A DNA stretch of 64,000 nucleotides from Piedraia hortae CBS 480.64. Lineage: Eukaryota. The position numbers and the translations under genes were made by a program. The stretch is from NCBI GenBank assembly GCA_010093745.1, contig MU006018.1, positions 1-64,000 of the forward strand. Direction: 5' to 3'. Of the stretch, positions 60,168-64,000 are shown in pieces. A model generated the notes under the pieces. It made no database searches and was not told the origin of the DNA. It saw nothing but the letters and a program-made list of their open reading frames with translations. Numbering within the stretch: the stretch's first letter is position 1; each line of letters begins with the position of its first letter.

Positions 60168-60541
60168 GTAGGCTACACCCTTTGAATGGAAAGCCACCAA
60201 CCACTCAGACTTTGCTACAAATTCTCATTCCCAATGGCACGGTTGATTGTTGCGAAAAGGCCACATTGATTACCCCACGTCGTCCTAGCTGTCATGCCAT
60301 AACGGATCTAGAAAAGTGTCATACCCAAAACCTCGATTGCGTGATCCGAGCGGCCCGATCCTCAACCGTCTTCCACACTTTAATTTTGACGGCAGTTGTG
60401 CACAAGCAGATTGCGTTACACAACATCCTCGATCTTTTTAGGTATACCGCACAAAGGTGCAGGAGTGACGTCACTGAAGTTTTTTTTCTTCGTAGTACAA
60501 ATACACCCACATACACATTCACGAAAGTCAATATACTCACA

Positions 60542-61975
60542 ATGTTCACATGGCTGGTCGGGTTTGGATCTCGGCCACCGGCATTTTTATCCTTCCGGAG
60601 CAGCAAATTGTTCATCATAACAACGGTCTCCGTGGCCATATTCACCGATATCTTTGTTTACGGCATTGTTGTGCCAGTCTTGCCGTTTGCACTCACAACT
60701 CGCTCTGGAATTGATGAAAAATCCGTCCAGACATGGATCTCAATCTTTTTGGCCGTCTATGGAGCTGGATTGCTGTTTGCTTCACCGATAATTGGCTGGC
60801 TTGCAGATCGAATCTCGTCTCGACGACCGCCCTTGTTGATTGGCCTTGTAACCCTCGCTGGTTCTACAGCCATGCTCTGTGCCGGAAGCGGTATGACACT
60901 GTTGGTAGTCGGACGTCTTCTGCAGGGTGCCAGTGCGGCGGTTGTTTGGGTAGTTGGGCTCGCGCTGCTGGTCGATACTGTTGGTGCCGCAGGAGCCGGT
61001 GAGGTAATGGGATATGTTGGCTCAAGCATGAGCCTGGGCCTTCTGGTCGCACCTTTACTGGGCGGTGTGGTCTTTGACATGGCAGGATACTATGCTGTCT
61101 TTGGCATGGCCTTTGGCCTCATTGGTGTCGATGCCGTTTTACGACTTGTCTTGATCGAGAAAAAGGTCGCCGCGCGCTGGCTCCCTGACCAACAAGTCCA
61201 GGAGCAACAGGTTCACGGACAAATTCAAGAAGAGCCAGCTCACGATTCTGCAAAGGTCGAACCAGCCAATGCGAATGAGACAACTGAGGTCTCCGGGCCA
61301 TCCAAGATGAGCCACCGCATACCCTCTATCATTTACCTCTTATCCTCTCGCCGACTTTTGAGCGCGCTCTGGGGCTGTCTTATTCAGGCATCACTCATGA
61401 CAGCCTTCGACTCCATCCTACCAATATTTGTTCGTGATACTTTTCATTGGAACTCTTTGGGCGCAGGATTGATTTTTCTACCACTAGTCGCAACATCTTT
61501 CTTGGGGCCGATCATAGGACACTGGATCGATAAAAAGGGACCTCGATTGTTCGCAACAGCCGGGTTCCTTGCTACCTGTCCCTTCATTATATTGCTGCGA
61601 TTGGTACACCATAACACACTACACCAGAAGGTCCTTCTCTGTGCTCTTTTAGCACTCATTGGACTGGCTCTGACATTGATTATAACCCCCATGATGGCCG
61701 AGATAACCTACGCAGTGGACGCCAAGGCCAAGAGTCGTCCGGCTGGTTTCTTTGGCAAGAATGGTGCTTATGCCCAGGGATACAGCTTGTTCAACATGGC
61801 ATTCGCTGGAGGCTGTGTTTTTGGACCGCTTCTTGCTGGCCTTGTCAAGTCCAAAGCTGGATGGTCGGTGACGACTCTTATGCTAGGGCTTGTCAGCGCA
61901 GCGACTGTTCCTTCAACAGTGTTCTGGACAGGGGGACAACTGGGGAAAAAGGAGAAGGAGAAAAGTCCCGTGTAA
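60542..61975 (+). CDS. MFS transporter (12-TM, vesicular amine/DHA-like)
   Basis: FTDIFVYGIVVPVLP, GWLADRISSRR (motif A), GRLLQGASAAVVW, PLLGG and many hydrophobic helices. Confidence 0.9.
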   Translation: MFTWLVGFGSRPPAFLSFRSSKLFIITTVSVAIFTDIFVYGIVVPVLPFALTTRSGIDEKSVQTWISIFLAVYGAGLLFASPIIGWLADRISSRRPPLLIGLVTLAGSTAMLCAGSGMTLLVVGRLLQGASAAVVWVVGLALLVDTVGAAGAGEVMGYVGSSMSLGLLVAPLLGGVVFDMAGYYAVFGMAFGLIGVDAVLRLVLIEKKVAARWLPDQQVQEQQVHGQIQEEPAHDSAKVEPANANETTEVSGPSKMSHRIPSIIYLLSSRRLLSALWGCLIQASLMTAFDSILPIFVRDTFHWNSLGAGLIFLPLVATSFLGPIIGHWIDKKGPRLFATAGFLATCPFIILLRLVHHNTLHQKVLLCALLALIGLALTLIITPMMAEITYAVDAKAKSRPAGFFGKNGAYAQGYSLFNMAFAGGCVFGPLLAGLVKSKAGWSVTTLMLGLVSAATVPSTVFWTGGQLGKKEKEKSPV

Positions 61976-62141
61976 ACGGCTGAGTGGAGCACGTTACGTT
62001 TTTCATGAGGTCTTGGAGCGGAGGCGTTTGGTGTCGGTATGAGCGTTGATATATGGATAGAATCTTAGTAAGGACAGGGTATGACGATAAATATAAAACA
62101 GAAGGCGAAAAGTCGACCAGCTAACAATGAATGCATCAGGG

Positions 62142-63176
62142 CTAACCATGGGCAATGTCTCCATGTTCCGTTTTCCTTCGCTCTATGACTTTTTGGACGG
62201 CATTTTTTACCTCTGGGCTGTTCCTGACAGTATTTTCCACAAGCCAATCTTTCATCCCGTTTCTCAAGTCTAATAGGTCACCGTCGGCACTCGCCAGAGA
62301 CGTGAGCTCCAGGCCGAGCAATCGTGATGTCTCTTCTTGAGCCGCACGCACCAGGGCATCCACGCTGTCCAGTAGTTGGGGAGAGACGGTTTCATCGTGC
62401 GTCTGCGAGGGATCCCGAAACATGGACCCCAGCTGTGATATCGCAGCAGAGACGGTGAATGCAACCTTTCGAAAGAGAACCAACACCTGGAATGGTAAAT
62501 GTGCCCCGGTGAAAGCCATGGCTGACATAAGAGCCGGATTTGCCGGGCGCGTAACTGTGTAAAGCTCTACCACAAACAAAGCCGCCATGATGAAGAAATG
62601 CCAGAAACGACCTTGGGTGAGGTAACCCAACATGCCGAGTAAAGCCAGCACAACTCCACTGGACACATATTGAATGACGGTGCGTTGCAGGCCTTGCATT
62701 ACAAAATCACGTATAGTCTTGCAATGGGTCCACTCCACAACTTCTGGACCGAATCGATCGTACGCAAATCTCTTAGCTGGGTCTACTAGGACTTCTTTTG
62801 CGGCCTGAAGCGCAATGTAGGTTGCTTTTGAACTTTCTCGTTTGCTAGGAGGGACTTTATCGGGGTGGAATTGGATTGTCAGCCTCCGGAACCGGTTTTG
62901 GATCCACTTTTCTGTGGACGAGGGTAAGACGCCAAGGGATTTGTAGAAATCTCCGGTCCTTTGGAGTTGGTAGCTTGCTTCATAGAGGGTATATGCCAGA
63001 TATGCCACGATGACAGCTGCATGGATGTTCTTGCGGTCCTCATTATAGCGTTTCGAGCCAGGTCGAGGTTTGGGGTCTCCAGCCCGAATGAAAATAGTGT
63101 AAAGCGCCGATTGGACATATCCGGTGACCAGCCCTGGCAAAAAGTACCAGCCCACAAAGGACAAGAGGTCTGCCAT
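62142..63176 (-). CDS. Membrane-associated DnaJ-domain chaperone
   Basis: DFYKSLGV...QFHPDK...KRFAYDRFG J-domain flanked by TM segments. Start at MADLLSFVGW. Confidence 0.87.
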   Translation of the reverse strand: MADLLSFVGWYFLPGLVTGYVQSALYTIFIRAGDPKPRPGSKRYNEDRKNIHAAVIVAYLAYTLYEASYQLQRTGDFYKSLGVLPSSTEKWIQNRFRRLTIQFHPDKVPPSKRESSKATYIALQAAKEVLVDPAKRFAYDRFGPEVVEWTHCKTIRDFVMQGLQRTVIQYVSSGVVLALLGMLGYLTQGRFWHFFIMAALFVVELYTVTRPANPALMSAMAFTGAHLPFQVLVLFRKVAFTVSAAISQLGSMFRDPSQTHDETVSPQLLDSVDALVRAAQEETSRLLGLELTSLASADGDLLDLRNGMKDWLVENTVRNSPEVKNAVQKVIERRKTEHGDIAHG

Positions 63177-63352
63177 GGCAGGACTCGTTGTCTTGGGGCC
63201 AGCACAGGAAAAGGTGAGGTCTAAACATGTCACGTGTCAGATCTGTCAGGCCATCCAGATGCAGATTAGCGCCGTCGTGTCATATTGGCGGCCCGACCCG
63301 ACAACGTCCGCCTTTTCCTTCCCGTGCATTGAGGTCTTCTGCGGAGACAAAC

Positions 63353-64000
63353 ATGCGCCTCCGTCTGAGAATCCATCGGCATGGGCTCCCAACAGTGTCT
63401 ACACTTTGGCCTGTTGAAGATGTTCAGCTAATGCACACAACCTCCCAGTTACTGGAGAATGTCAATCAAACGTTTCCACTAGAGGGTGACGACTGGGGTT
63501 ACGAGCACTACACGGTCACTATTGGTGGGTTCGAATGCTTGCACTACCAAATCATAGACAAAGTATTTCGTGATGAGGATGAAGTTGTCATTCGCCCACT
63601 AGAGTATGTTGAGCGTAGGGAACGGCAATTGGCCGGCAGAGATCAGATCAGCCAGGATGGAAGGCACCTGGTTGATGGGATTCCATGGGGAAAACCCAAC
63701 ATCAGGGGCGTCCAAAGGCCCGAAGTACGCATCTCGCCGCTGAAGAAAAGGAAGCTGGAGGATGACGGAGCCGAATATAATGGTGCACCCCTAATGTCTG
63801 ACGGTTCGGATGAGAGTTCAGATGAAGACTGGAAGGATGATGGATCAAGTGCATCTAGTGAAGTGGCATTGTTGAATGAACGCACTGAAGAGTACGGCGA
63901 GGATTCTGCCAGCGATTCGAGCTCATTCGATGGCCTTAGTGATGTAGCTCCCTCGGATCCACCCAAATTAATCAAGCCCTCCAAGAGTGCTGTTGATGAC
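63353..64000 (+). CDS. Conserved fungal protein with ubiquitin-like N-terminus and acidic tract (coilin-like), runs off window end
   Basis: Open frame from ATG 63353: MRLRLRIHRHGLP...QLLENVNQTFPLE..WGYEHY...FECLHYQ...DEDEVVIRPL...DGRHLVDGIPWG. Absent from the ORF track because no stop falls inside the window. Confidence 0.7.
   Translation, partial: MRLRLRIHRHGLPTVSTLWPVEDVQLMHTTSQLLENVNQTFPLEGDDWGYEHYTVTIGGFECLHYQIIDKVFRDEDEVVIRPLEYVERRERQLAGRDQISQDGRHLVDGIPWGKPNIRGVQRPEVRISPLKKRKLEDDGAEYNGAPLMSDGSDESSDEDWKDDGSSASSEVALLNERTEEYGEDSASDSSSFDGLSDVAPSDPPKLIKPSKSAVDD

Noticed and set aside
60542..61975. MFS transporter as the cluster's bik6 equivalent
   Set aside because: It lies 10 kb away, separated by several housekeeping genes, and nothing in the sequence links it to the cluster.

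Overview
Eukaryotic DNA from a compact filamentous-ascomycete (Pezizomycotina) genome. It carries about 30 genes, most introns are only 42-57 nt, and several intergenic gaps are under 200 bp. Most genes are housekeeping or regulatory: TMA23, LCP5, a Zn2Cys6 transcription factor, a hybrid histidine kinase, a LaeA-like methyltransferase, WC-2, RAD50, a GH5 exoglucanase, an arrestin, WBP1, a complex I 9.5 kDa subunit, GST-omega, TFIIA, PP4R2, RanBP9/10, IES4, an MFS transporter and a DnaJ protein. Highlights: (1) a polyketide cluster at 36.8-50.2 kb (non-reducing PKS with two ACPs, FAD monooxygenase, O-methyltransferase, NmrA/CipA-like reductase) resembling the bikaverin bik1-bik2-bik3 core, with no adjacent pathway regulator or transporter; (2) a six-unit degenerate 75-bp tandem array in the PKS upstream region; (3) a box C/D snoRNA inside an intron of an apparently non-coding host transcript, carrying two rRNA guides that yeast splits between snR51 and snR41; (4) non-canonical splice sites (two GC-AG introns and one GG acceptor); (5) a shrunken D-lactate-dehydrogenase-like gene and a pseudogenised GH18 chitinase. 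All family assignments come from motif recognition by eye; no database searches were run.
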